Translations under genes and position numbers: made by a program | NCBI GenBank assembly: GCA_016716705.1 | Contig: JADJVF010000011.1 | Location: forward strand, 18,687 to 82,686 | Direction of reading: 5' to 3' | Source of the DNA: Holophagales bacterium | GTDB taxonomy: Bacteria; Acidobacteriota; Thermoanaerobaculia; UBA5066 | DNA: 64,000 nucleotides | Shown here: positions 29,580 through 38,680 of the stretch, one piece after another | Layout of the letters: the number at the start of each line of letters is the position of its first letter | Numbering within the stretch: the stretch's first letter is position 1 | The notes under the pieces: generated by a model | What the model saw: only the letters and a program-made list of their open reading frames with translations | Databases searched by the model: none | Told to the model about the DNA's origin: nothing

Positions 29580-30302
29580 TCAGCCCGCGGCGCCGAAGAG
29601 CATCCCTGCCGCCGCCGTGACCGCCATGGCGACCGCCCCCCAGAACGTGACCCGTCCCGAGCCGACGAGGACGGAGGCTCCGCCGACCCGGGCCGCGAGG
29701 GCGCCAAGCCCCGCCAGGAGAACGAGAGTCGTGCCGACCATGACGGGGACGAGCTGGGCCCGCGGAACCAGGGCGACCGTGAGGACGGGAAGGGCGGCCC
29801 CCACCGCGAAGCTCGCGGCGGAGGCGAGCGCAGCCTGGAGCGGCCGGGCGGCGGTGAGGTCGTGGATCCCGAGCTCGTCGCGGGCGTGCGCGCCGAGGGC
29901 GTCGTGCGCCATGAGCTGCTCGGCGACCCGGGCGGCCAGCTCGGAGTCGAGGCCGCGGGCGACGTAGATGCCGGCCAGCTCGGCGCGCTCCCCGTGCTCG
30001 TCGGTGGCCAGCTCGCCGCGCTCGCGCTCGAGATCGGCCCGCTCCGTGTCGGACTGGGAGCTGACCGAGACGTACTCGCCGGCCGCCATCGACATCGCGC
30101 CGGCCAGGAGGCCGGCGACGGCCGAGACGATGATCGATTGGGGAGCGGCCCCGGCCGCGGCGACGCCGACGACGAGGCTGGCGGTGGAGATGAGTCCGTC
30201 GTTCGCCCCGAGGACGGAGGCGCGGAGCCATCCGATGCGGTCGCTTCGGTGAAGCTCGCGGTGGCGCGAATACCGGGCCGGTGTGAAGGACGAGGCGTGC
30301 AT
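29580..30302 (-). CDS. VIT1/CCC1 family iron/manganese transporter
   Basis: WLRASVLGANDGLISTASLVVGVAAA signature, an acidic helical cytoplasmic domain and five TM segments. Confidence 0.8.
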   Translation of the reverse strand: MHASSFTPARYSRHRELHRSDRIGWLRASVLGANDGLISTASLVVGVAAAGAAPQSIIVSAVAGLLAGAMSMAAGEYVSVSSQSDTERADLERERGELATDEHGERAELAGIYVARGLDSELAARVAEQLMAHDALGAHARDELGIHDLTAARPLQAALASAASFAVGAALPVLTVALVPRAQLVPVMVGTTLVLLAGLGALAARVGGASVLVGSGRVTFWGAVAMAVTAAAGMLFGAAG

Positions 30303-30346
30303 CCCCCGACGATAGCGCTGTTCGGGGGCTAGACTTCTCCTCGACG

Positions 30347-31873
30347 GTGCCGGCGTTCACGCCTTCTCCCTCGTCCGATCCCCCGGAGGGACGTCTCTCC
30401 GAGACGGAGCTGCGCTTCGAGAGACGACGCAGGAAGGCAGGGCTCGTCCTCGGCCCGGTCGCGTTCGCCCTGCTCCTCGCCTTTCCTCCGCCGAGCCTCG
30501 GGTCCGGGGCCGGTTGGCTCCTCGCGGTCGTCGCCTGGGTCCTCGTCTGGTGGATTACCGAGGCCGTCCCGCTGCCGGTGACGGCAGTCCTCGGGCCGGC
30601 CCTCACCGTCGTCCTCGGAGTCGTTCCAGTCCGGGAGGCGTTCGCGCCGTTCGGCGATCCCATCATCTTCCTGTTCCTGGGCTCGTTCCTCCTGGCCCGG
30701 GCGATGAGCGCGCACGGCCTCGACCGGCGCCTCGCGCGGGCGGTTCTGGCGATCCCGGCCGCGAGCTCTTCCCCGCGAAGGGTCGTCTGGACGTTCGCGG
30801 CGCTCGCCGCGGTCCTATCGATGTGGGTGTCCAACTCCGCCACGACGGCCATGCTCTTTCCCATCGCGCTCGGGGTGCTCGGGACGATGGACGGGGAGAG
30901 GGGACGGTCGACGCCCCTCGCGCGGTCGCTCCTGCTGGCGTGCGCCTACGGCGCCTCGGTGGGTGGCATCGGGACGCCCGTGGGCTCTCCCCCGAACCTG
31001 GTCGCCATCGGGCAGCTCTCGTCCCTGGCCGGAATCCGGGTCGGGTTCGTGCCGTGGCTCCTCGTCGCCTTCCCCGTGATGCTGGCGATGATCGGCGTCG
31101 CGGCCCTGGTCCTGGGCGTGCCGCTCCGGGGTGTCGGGGCGACCGGGCGGACGGGGCCGGCACTCCCGGCACCCGCCGCGCCCGCGGGGGCGATGACCGC
31201 CGGAGAGCGAAGCGTCACTGCCGCGTTTCTCTTCACCGTCGCGCTCTGGGTGGCTCCGGGAATCGTGTCGCTCTTCCTCGGCTCCGGCCATCCGGTGTCG
31301 ACCGCGCTCGGCCGCGCGCTCCCCGAGGGGGCGGTCGCGGTTCTCGGGGCGGCCCTCCTGTTCGTCCTGCCGGGCGGTGGAAGCGAGCGCCGGTGCGCGC
31401 TCACCTGGGGCGAGGCGACACAGATCGACTGGGGAACGCTTCTCCTTTTCGGCGGAGGGCTCTCGCTGGGCGGCGCGATGTTCCGCCTGGGCCTCTCGGA
31501 GGCCCTCGGGCACGGCCTCGTTTCGGCGACCGGCGTCTCGTCGACGGTGGGTCTGACCATCGTCTTCACCGTCTTTTCCATCTTCTTCACCGAGGTCACC
31601 TCGAACACGGCGGCCGCCACGATGCTCATTCCCCTGGCCATCGCGAGCGCGCAGGCCGCGGGCGCCTCTCCGCTCGAGCCGGCCCTCGGCTGCGCCCTCG
31701 GTTGCAGCATGGCCTTCATGCTCCCCGTGGCGACGCCGCCGAACGCGATCGTCTACGGCTCAGGCCTCGTCCCCATCGGCACGATGGCGCGCGCCGGCAT
31801 GTGGATGAACCTCGCCGCCTGCGTCGTCATCCCGGCCGGCGTTCTGATCCTGGTGCCGCTCGTCCTGAAGTAG
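30347..31873 (+). CDS. DASS (SLC13-like) family anion:sodium symporter
   Basis: Polytopic membrane protein with the duplicated hairpin motifs SNSATTAM and PVATPPNAIV characteristic of DASS/ArsB-NhaD-superfamily transporters. Confidence 0.75.
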   Translation: MPAFTPSPSSDPPEGRLSETELRFERRRRKAGLVLGPVAFALLLAFPPPSLGSGAGWLLAVVAWVLVWWITEAVPLPVTAVLGPALTVVLGVVPVREAFAPFGDPIIFLFLGSFLLARAMSAHGLDRRLARAVLAIPAASSSPRRVVWTFAALAAVLSMWVSNSATTAMLFPIALGVLGTMDGERGRSTPLARSLLLACAYGASVGGIGTPVGSPPNLVAIGQLSSLAGIRVGFVPWLLVAFPVMLAMIGVAALVLGVPLRGVGATGRTGPALPAPAAPAGAMTAGERSVTAAFLFTVALWVAPGIVSLFLGSGHPVSTALGRALPEGAVAVLGAALLFVLPGGGSERRCALTWGEATQIDWGTLLLFGGGLSLGGAMFRLGLSEALGHGLVSATGVSSTVGLTIVFTVFSIFFTEVTSNTAAATMLIPLAIASAQAAGASPLEPALGCALGCSMAFMLPVATPPNAIVYGSGLVPIGTMARAGMWMNLAACVVIPAGVLILVPLVLK

Positions 31874-31882
31874 ACGTCCGCC

Positions 31883-32794
31883 TCAGAAGATCGACAGCGC
31901 CGTCTTCGTCGTCAGCAGCTCGAGCGCCATCGTCCCGGCGAGCGAGTTCCCTTTCTCGCTCAGGCACGGCGACCAGACGGCCGCCACGAACCGGCCGGGC
32001 ATCACGGCCACCACTCCGCCTCCCACGCCGCTCTTGGCCGGGAGGCCGACGCGGTAGGCGTAGTCGCCCGCCTCGTCGTAGACGCCGCAGGTCAGCATCA
32101 CGGAGTTCACCCGTTTCACCTGACGCGCCGTGGCGACCTGCTCGCCGCCGGCAGAGAGCCCGGACGTGGCCAGGTACTGGAAGGCGGCGGCCAGCTCGGC
32201 GCAGCTCATCGAGAGGGAGCAGAGGAGGAAGTAGGCGTCGAGGACCCGGTCCGGGTCGTTCCTCAGGTTCCCGAACGACTTGAGGAAATGGGCGAGCGCG
32301 CGATTCCGGTGTCCCGTGGCCCGTTCCGCCTCGGCGACCGAGGTGTCGTAGCCGACGGAGGGGTTCGCAGAGGCGCGGCGGACGAAGTCGAGGACGAGGT
32401 CCTGCCCCTGGGCCTGATGGCTCAGGACCATGTCCAGAACGACGAGCGCGCCCGCGTTGATGAACGGGTTTCTCGGAATTCCGTGCTCGACCTCGAGCTG
32501 GACGAGCGAGTTGAACGCCGTGCCGGACGGCTCGCGGCCGACCCGCTCCCAGACGGTATCCCCTTCCAGCCGCATCGCGAGCGTCAGGCTGAAGACCTTG
32601 GCGATGCTCTGGATCGAGAAGCGCTCCTCAGCGTCCCCGACGGAGAAGACCTCGCTGCCGATCGTTCGGACGACCATTCCGAAACGGCCGCGCGGAACGT
32701 CGGCCAGCGGGGGGATGTAGTCGGCGATGCGGCCCCGCCCGACGAGCGGCCTCACCTCGTCGGCGATCTCCCGGAGGGTACGCTGGTAGTCCAC
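31883..32794 (-). CDS. glsA: glutaminase
   Basis: 303 aa with glutaminase motifs (…QSIAKVFSL…GVGGG…). Confidence 0.85.
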   Translation of the reverse strand: MDYQRTLREIADEVRPLVGRGRIADYIPPLADVPRGRFGMVVRTIGSEVFSVGDAEERFSIQSIAKVFSLTLAMRLEGDTVWERVGREPSGTAFNSLVQLEVEHGIPRNPFINAGALVVLDMVLSHQAQGQDLVLDFVRRASANPSVGYDTSVAEAERATGHRNRALAHFLKSFGNLRNDPDRVLDAYFLLCSLSMSCAELAAAFQYLATSGLSAGGEQVATARQVKRVNSVMLTCGVYDEAGDYAYRVGLPAKSGVGGGVVAVMPGRFVAAVWSPCLSEKGNSLAGTMALELLTTKTALSIF

Positions 32795-32937
32795 GACCCA
32801 ATGTTACCGGCGTGGCGAGGGCGGAGCCGGCGGAGATGCCAGAAACGAGCGTCACCGGCTGATCCGGACCGATGGGAAGAGACTGCGGAATCTCCGGCTC
32901 CCTCCTTTCCCTTGACTTGCGCCCAGCGCCGACCCAC

Positions 32938-32972
32938 ATTAGTAGTTGCTGTGGCTACTACTAGTGACGACA
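32938..32972. promoter_or_regulatory. AT-richer imperfect palindrome (TAGTAGTTGC-tgt-GGCTACTACTA) overlapping the TrmB-family regulator start; candidate auto-operator
   Basis: A local drop in GC and an inverted repeat, AGTAGTTGC / GGCTACTACT, centred on GTG 32951. Confidence 0.3.
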
Positions 32973-33823
32973 ATTTGTCTAAGGCACTGCAGGGGCTTGG
33001 TTTCTCAGAGATCGAGGCGCTCGTTTACGCCTTCCTGGTGGGGAGGGAACCCGCCACCGGCTACCGCATCAGCCACGGCATCGGCAAACCGACGGCGAAT
33101 AGCTACAAGGCCATTGCGTCGCTGGTTCAGCAAGGAGCGGTGCAGGTGGACGAGGGCGGGAACAGGCTGATCCGGGCCGTCCCTCCCGACGAATTTCTCG
33201 CGGGCTTCGAGCGCCGCGCCAGGGAGAAGCGCGAGGCCGCCCGTGCCGCACTCGCCGATCGGAGCGTCGACGTCGCGGACGACCGGGTCTACACCCTTCG
33301 CGGCCGCGACCAGGTCCTCGAGCGCGCCCGGGCGATGCTGGGACGGGCGCGGGAGATCGTCCTCGGCGACCTTTTTCCGGGTCCGCTCGAGGCGCTCGCC
33401 GCCGATCTTGCCGCCGCCGCCGCGCGCGGCGTGCGCGTCGTCGTGAAGGTCTACTCCCCGCTCGACGTCCCGGGAGTCGCGGAGGTGCCGGAGGCCGACG
33501 CGGCACGGGCTCTGTCCGGGTGGCCCGGCCAGCAGCTCTCTCTCGTCGTCGACGCCGACGAGCATCTCCTCGCCCTGTTCGATGCCACCCTCGCGAACGT
33601 CCACCAGGCGGTCTGGAGCCGCAGCACCTTTCTCTCGTGTCTCCACCACAACCACGTCGCCATGGAGATCCTCCACACGGCCTGGAAGGGGCGAGGCTCC
33701 CTCGCCGGTGCCGACTCCCTCGTCGGCATATCGCTCCTTTCGAGTCGGCCCGCGGGCCTGCGCCGCCTTCAGAAGCTCACCGGTGGAGCCATTTCCCCGG
33801 AACCCGATGGAGAAGACAGATGA
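32951..33823 (+). CDS. TrmB-family transcriptional regulator
   Basis: N-terminal winged-HTH LSKALQGLGFSEIEALVYAFLVGREPATGYRISHGIGKPTANSYKAIASLVQQGAV typical of TrmB, with a C-terminal effector domain. GTG 32951, or alternatively TTG 32912. Confidence 0.6.
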   Translation: MATTSDDNLSKALQGLGFSEIEALVYAFLVGREPATGYRISHGIGKPTANSYKAIASLVQQGAVQVDEGGNRLIRAVPPDEFLAGFERRAREKREAARAALADRSVDVADDRVYTLRGRDQVLERARAMLGRAREIVLGDLFPGPLEALAADLAAAAARGVRVVVKVYSPLDVPGVAEVPEADAARALSGWPGQQLSLVVDADEHLLALFDATLANVHQAVWSRSTFLSCLHHNHVAMEILHTAWKGRGSLAGADSLVGISLLSSRPAGLRRLQKLTGGAISPEPDGEDR

Positions 33824-35685
33824 ACCACGCATCCGCCCGCATACACCGGCCCCTCGCCTTCCTCGTCGGCGTGGCCACGCTGCTCGGCTCGCCGGCGCCC
33901 GCCGCGGAGCCCGCGGTTCCGCACGACGTCGCAGCCCTCATCGAAAAGCACGTCGGGTGGCTCGGCGGGTGGGAGGCCCTCGGCGCCGTTCGGGACCTGA
34001 CCCTCGCCGGGACGATCCGGGTCTCGGGTCTTTCGGGCCCCCTCGCCGTCCGCACGCGCCGCGACGGGAAGCAGAGGACGGAGGTCGACCTGAAGGTCAT
34101 GAAGGGTGTCGAGGCGCTCGCCGGCGGCGGCGGCTGGGAGCAGAACGCGAGCGGGCAGGTGGAGGAGATGGGGCACGACAAGGCCGCCTCCGAGCGCCGC
34201 GCTCTCGACCGCACCTTCGGCCGGCACTTTCGCGGTGACGGGGTGATCACGAGCCTTGCAAGCCGTGAGGAGAAGGGCGGGCGAGCGTGGACGGTCGTTC
34301 GCTTCTCCTACCCCGACGGAGATACGTACGACCTGCTCGTCGATCCGGAGACGGGAGAGTCGACGTGGTCGCGGTCCGTAGCCGACGGCCGGACGACCTG
34401 GACGAAGCTCTCCGACTTCCGGGTCGTGAACGGCCTCCGGTTCCCGTTCCGCCAGGAGACGGAAGGCGAAACGGCGCGTCAGGCGCAGACGGTGTCGTGG
34501 GAGAAGGTGACGGTCAATGCCGGTCTCGACGACGACCTCTTCGCGCGGCCGTCCACGGGCGCCTCGGTCGTTCGCCTTCCCTCGGGCCGGAATGCGACCG
34601 AGTGGCTCGCGGTCGACCTCTACCAGAAGCGCTGGGTCTATCTCCGCGGCGAGGTCAACGGCGTTGCCACCGACATCGTCCTCGATTCGGGCGCGGGAAT
34701 GACCGTTCTCGACAGCGCGCTCGCGAAGAAGCTGGGGCTCCGCGTCGAGGGAGAGCTCGAAGCGCGGGGCACCGGGGGGAACGTCGGCGCCGGAATCGTC
34801 TCGGGGGTGACGGTGAAGCTCGCGGGGATGGAGATCGGCCCGCTCTCGGCGGCCGTCATCGACCTCGCCGGCGTGGGGAAGCGGGTCGGCCGGCCCCTTC
34901 CGCTCATCCTCGGCAAGGAGCTCTTCCACGCCCTCGTCGTCGACCTCGACTACCCCGGCTCGCGCATCCGCTTCCTCGACGCCGCGACGTTCCGCTACGA
35001 CGGCCCCGGACGGAAGCTCGACCTCATCCCCGCCGAAGACGGCCACAAGAGCCTGAAGCTCGCCATCGAGGGAGGCGAGCCGGTCGTCGTGGGCCTCGAC
35101 ACGGGGCAGGGAGGCGCCCTCTCGGTCTATCGGCACTACGCCGACGAGCGGGGCTTCCTCTCGGGCCGTCCCGTTTCCGAGCGGCGATCCGGCGGCGTCG
35201 GCGGCGCCACGACGATGAAGGTCGCGACCCTGCGCTCGGTGACGATCGCGGGGTACGAGCTTCGGAACGTGCCGTCCGCCTTCCAGGCGAGCGACGTCCG
35301 CGGCGCGTTCGACACGAAGCGGCAGGAAGGGAACCTCGGCGCGGGCGTCCTTTCGCGATTCCGCGTCGTCTTCGACTACTCCCGCTCCTGCCTCTGGCTC
35401 GAGCCCGGCCCGGCCCTCGGCGCGCCGTTCCCGAAAGACAAGAGCGGTCTCGCCCTCCAGTGGGCCGAAGGGGTCCTCACGGTGGAATTCGTCGCGCCCG
35501 CAAGCCCGGCCGCCGAGGCCGGCTGGAAGGAGGGCGAACGCCTCGCCGCCCTCGATGGCAAGCCTGCCGGCGAGGACTGGTGGAAGACCTTTACCGGGTG
35601 GGCAGAGGCGAAGGCGGGTACGGAGGTTCGACTCACCCTGGCGGACGGGACGGAGCGGAAGCTGGTGCTGAAGGAGTACTACTGA
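33820..35685 (+). CDS. secreted protein with two retropepsin-like aspartic protease domains and a C-terminal PDZ domain
   Basis: ATG at 33820 overlaps the TrmB stop (ATGA). Signal peptide. DIVLDSGAGMTVLDS and VVGLDTGQGGALSV are clan-AA D(S/T)G motifs. C-terminal PDZ-like segment GVLTVEFVAPASPAAEAGWKEGERLAALDGKP. Confidence 0.65.
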   Translation: MNHASARIHRPLAFLVGVATLLGSPAPAAEPAVPHDVAALIEKHVGWLGGWEALGAVRDLTLAGTIRVSGLSGPLAVRTRRDGKQRTEVDLKVMKGVEALAGGGGWEQNASGQVEEMGHDKAASERRALDRTFGRHFRGDGVITSLASREEKGGRAWTVVRFSYPDGDTYDLLVDPETGESTWSRSVADGRTTWTKLSDFRVVNGLRFPFRQETEGETARQAQTVSWEKVTVNAGLDDDLFARPSTGASVVRLPSGRNATEWLAVDLYQKRWVYLRGEVNGVATDIVLDSGAGMTVLDSALAKKLGLRVEGELEARGTGGNVGAGIVSGVTVKLAGMEIGPLSAAVIDLAGVGKRVGRPLPLILGKELFHALVVDLDYPGSRIRFLDAATFRYDGPGRKLDLIPAEDGHKSLKLAIEGGEPVVVGLDTGQGGALSVYRHYADERGFLSGRPVSERRSGGVGGATTMKVATLRSVTIAGYELRNVPSAFQASDVRGAFDTKRQEGNLGAGVLSRFRVVFDYSRSCLWLEPGPALGAPFPKDKSGLALQWAEGVLTVEFVAPASPAAEAGWKEGERLAALDGKPAGEDWWKTFTGWAEAKAGTEVRLTLADGTERKLVLKEYY

Positions 35686-36331
35686 ACCCGGCGAGGGCCT
35701 CGACGGCCTGCGCGTAGGTTGCGGCGACCTCGGCCTCGCTCGTGCCGGTGATACCGAGGTCCTCGAGGAGGCCGTCCTCGATGCCGTAGATCCAGCCGTG
35801 GACGGCGAGCGACTGGCCGCGCGCCCAGGCGTCCCTGACGACCGTCGTGTTCGTCACGTTCAGGACCTGCTCCACGACGTTCAGCTTGCAGAGGCGGTCG
35901 TGCTCCTCCGCCTCGGTTCCGCGCGGCGCGAGGCGCGCCCGGTGCTTGTCGCGCACGTCGCTGACGTGCCTCAGCCAGTTGTCCACGAGGCCGTGCCGGT
36001 CGCCCCGGAGCGCGGCGAGGACGCCACCGCAGCCGTAGTGACCGCAGACGATGACGTGCGAAACGCGCAGGACCGCGACGGCGAAGTGGAGGGCCGACAG
36101 GGCGTTGAGATCGCTGTGGACGAAGACGTTCGCCACGTTCCGGTGGACGAACATCTCGCCCGGCATGAGGCCGACGATCTGGTTCGCCGGGACGCGGCTG
36201 TCCGAGCAGCCGATCCAGAGGTACGACGGCGCCTGCTGGCGCGAGAGACGGGTGAAGAACGCAGGGTCGTTCCGGAGCACCTCGGCGGCCCAGGCCCGGT
36301 TGTTCTCGAAGAGGCGGGGAAGGTGTTTCAT
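35633..36331 (-). CDS. beta-class carbonic anhydrase
   Basis: CSDSRV…HxxCGG motifs. ATG at 36329-36331 (RC). Its 3' end overlaps the convergent protease gene by 53 nt. Confidence 0.8.
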   Translation of the reverse strand: MKHLPRLFENNRAWAAEVLRNDPAFFTRLSRQQAPSYLWIGCSDSRVPANQIVGLMPGEMFVHRNVANVFVHSDLNALSALHFAVAVLRVSHVIVCGHYGCGGVLAALRGDRHGLVDNWLRHVSDVRDKHRARLAPRGTEAEEHDRLCKLNVVEQVLNVTNTTVVRDAWARGQSLAVHGWIYGIEDGLLEDLGITGTSEAEVAATYAQAVEALAGFSSTPSAPASAPSRPPG

Positions 36332-36442
36332 CGTTCTCCGGGTGGCCCCCCGGTGATCAGAACATACCGTTCTCGTTGACGGAGGTCCCGGGCTCGGCCC
36401 GGGTCAGGAGGCCGATCGCCCTCTCGCGAAGCGAGGAGCTCG

Positions 36443-36892
36443 TCATCGGACGAGCGGTGGAAGGTCCCAGCCCGGCGTGAGGACGTCCGGCTTCTTCGGG
36501 GGAATGTTGAGCACCGCGAGGAGGGTCCGGGCGACCGTGTTGCTGTTCGGCCCCGTCGGCCTGTAGCCGATGCCCATGAACGTGATGGTCTGGCAGGCGG
36601 CGACCATCTTCTGGTAGCTCTCCTGCCTGTAGCCGGTGGCGACGGTGACGGACTTCGCGGCGGGGTTGTAGTCGATCGACCCAGGAACGTAGGGACCCCA
36701 GAGGCAGTGGATCGCCTTGAAACCCATCGAGTCCTCGTCGAGCGGGCCGAGCTTCGGGTTGCCGGGCCCTCCGCGAAGGAAGATCTCCTTGCCGTCCTCT
36801 CCCATCCAGATGATGAAGAGGTGATGGGCGCCGGCAAGGTCCGCCACGCCTTGAGGAATGGGTACCGCGCGGACGTCGATGCGGGTCTGCAT
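36443..36892 (-). CDS. hypothetical protein (149 aa)
   Basis: ATG at 36892 (RC) with AAGGAG 8 nt upstream. No recognisable domain (MQTRIDVRAVPIPQGVADLAGAHHLFIIWMGEDGKEIFLRGGPGNPKLGPLDED…). Confidence 0.5.
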   Translation of the reverse strand: MQTRIDVRAVPIPQGVADLAGAHHLFIIWMGEDGKEIFLRGGPGNPKLGPLDEDSMGFKAIHCLWGPYVPGSIDYNPAAKSVTVATGYRQESYQKMVAACQTITFMGIGYRPTGPNSNTVARTLLAVLNIPPKKPDVLTPGWDLPPLVR

Positions 36893-37003
36893 TTTCCGTA
36901 CTCCTTGTGACGCGCGGTTTAGCACGTCCGGAAAAGGCCCGGCCGTGTCGCCCGTCACCGGTCGTCCGGGGGAAAGGGGGCCGGTTCCGGGCCTGGACCC
37001 GGG

Positions 37004-37480
37004 TCAGGGGGGGCTCGAGAGGGCGCAACGAGCCTGATCGAGCCTCGACCCGGGCTTCCCGGCGGCGCGCTCGTCGAAGCACGTGAGCCGGTGCTGCCCG
37101 GGAGCCACCTGGAGGACGAGGGGCGAGCACTCGACCTCGGCGAGGTGAAGGCGGGGGCCGAATCTGGAGGAGCGCGTTTCGGTCTCGGGCTCGGTGCGGA
37201 TCGTCAGGAGACGGCCGTCGGCGGTTCGAAGGAAGACGGTTTCGCTGGCGGCATCGCAGCCGCACCCGCCGTACCGGACCCAGAAGGGGACCCCACGCTC
37301 GTAGGCCGACAGCGCACAGGCGTCGGCCGCCGACGGGTCCGCGCCCGGGGCGACGGTGCCGCACGCGACGGCCCCGGGTCCCGTCCAGGTCCGGACGCGT
37401 CCGGCAACCTCCGTGCCCGTGGCGCAGCCAACGGTCGAGAGGAGGGCGAGCCAGGACACGAGGCACTTCAAGGAGACCAA
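37004..37480 (-). CDS. Cys-rich lipoprotein, hypothetical
   Basis: Signal peptide and lipobox LSTVGC, then 9 further Cys (GCGCD, VECSPL, LTCF, ARCAL). Confidence 0.45.
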   Translation of the reverse strand: MVSLKCLVSWLALLSTVGCATGTEVAGRVRTWTGPGAVACGTVAPGADPSAADACALSAYERGVPFWVRYGGCGCDAASETVFLRTADGRLLTIRTEPETETRSSRFGPRLHLAEVECSPLVLQVAPGQHRLTCFDERAAGKPGSRLDQARCALSSPP

Positions 37481-37568
37481 CCCACGAGAAGAGTGACCCG
37501 GCTCCTCGCGACCTAACGTCGCGCCGGCGATCCCGGGAAGAACCCTCGCCCGATCGCCTCCCTGCCGG

Positions 37569-38606
37569 TCAGGCCCCCTCGAAGCCGTCCAGGACGTTCG
37601 CCGCGTTCACTCCCAGCTCCTTCGTCGCGTAGCCGCCCTCGAGCACGAGAACCGTGGGAAGGCCGAGCCGTGCGAGGCGGGTACCCAGGCGGCGGAAGTC
37701 CGTCGCATGGAGCGCGAATTTCGAGATCGGGTCGTCCGCGTAGGTGTCGAGGCCGAGCGAGACGACGAGGGCGTCGGCCGCGAACTCCAGGATTCGGTCA
37801 CGAGCCACTTCGAGAGCGGAGAACCACTCGTCGGCCGTCGTGCCGGGGGGCAGGGGCAGGTTCAGGTTGAAGCCGGCGCCGGGTCCCTCGCCGGTCTCGT
37901 CGGCGTGACCGAGGTAGAAGGGGTACTCGGTGCGCGGATCGCCGTGAATGCTGGCGAAGAGGACGTCGGAGCGGCGATAGAAGACGCTCTGCGTTCCGTT
38001 TCCGTGGTGGTAGTCGACGTCGAGGATGGCGACCCGGCCGCAACCGCCGGCCCGGAGCGCCTCCGCCGCGATCGCGGCGTTGTTCAGGAAGCAGTAGCCG
38101 CCCATGAAATCGGCTCCCGCGTGGTGGCCCGGAGGCCGCGTCGCGCAGAAGGCGCTTCGCGTGCCCGAGCCGACGAGCGCGGCGGCGCTGGCGGCCGCGT
38201 CGGCGGCGGCCTTTGCCGCGGCCCAGGTGCCCGCCACGAGCGGGGTCCCGTTGTCCATGGAGTAGAGCCCGAGCCGGGCGGTGAAGTCGGCCGGCTCGAC
38301 GTCGCTGCGCAGCGACCGCACGGGCCACACCGAAGGGAACGGCTGGACGGCCGCGTTCGCGCTGTCCGCCTCCAGCCACTGGCTCCAGGCGGTTTCCAGG
38401 AAGTCGAGATACCGGCGGGCGTGGACCCGAGGGAGGAGGGGGGCGCTGTCGTGCGCCGGCGTCCGCAGCTCGTGGCCCCGCGCGACCAGCTCGTCGCGAA
38501 CGAACGCCGCCCGCGCGGGAACCTCGAAACAGGGAACGCGCGCACCCCGGAAGAACTCGAACTCCGGAGCGTGGCGTTCGTGAAGGGTCGAGAAGAACGT
38601 GATCAC
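37569..38606 (-). CDS. histone-deacetylase-family (AcuC/AphA-like) amidohydrolase
   Basis: HDAC fold motifs RPPGHHA…GFCFLNNAAIA…LDVDYHHGNGTQ…GGY. Confidence 0.8.
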   Translation of the reverse strand: MITFFSTLHERHAPEFEFFRGARVPCFEVPARAAFVRDELVARGHELRTPAHDSAPLLPRVHARRYLDFLETAWSQWLEADSANAAVQPFPSVWPVRSLRSDVEPADFTARLGLYSMDNGTPLVAGTWAAAKAAADAAASAAALVGSGTRSAFCATRPPGHHAGADFMGGYCFLNNAAIAAEALRAGGCGRVAILDVDYHHGNGTQSVFYRRSDVLFASIHGDPRTEYPFYLGHADETGEGPGAGFNLNLPLPPGTTADEWFSALEVARDRILEFAADALVVSLGLDTYADDPISKFALHATDFRRLGTRLARLGLPTVLVLEGGYATKELGVNAANVLDGFEGA

Positions 38607-38680
38607 GGGACCATCTTAGTGTGGCCCCGGCGGGAGGACGGGCTGCCACGGTCTCCGCCGATGAGGCAGACTCCGACGCG

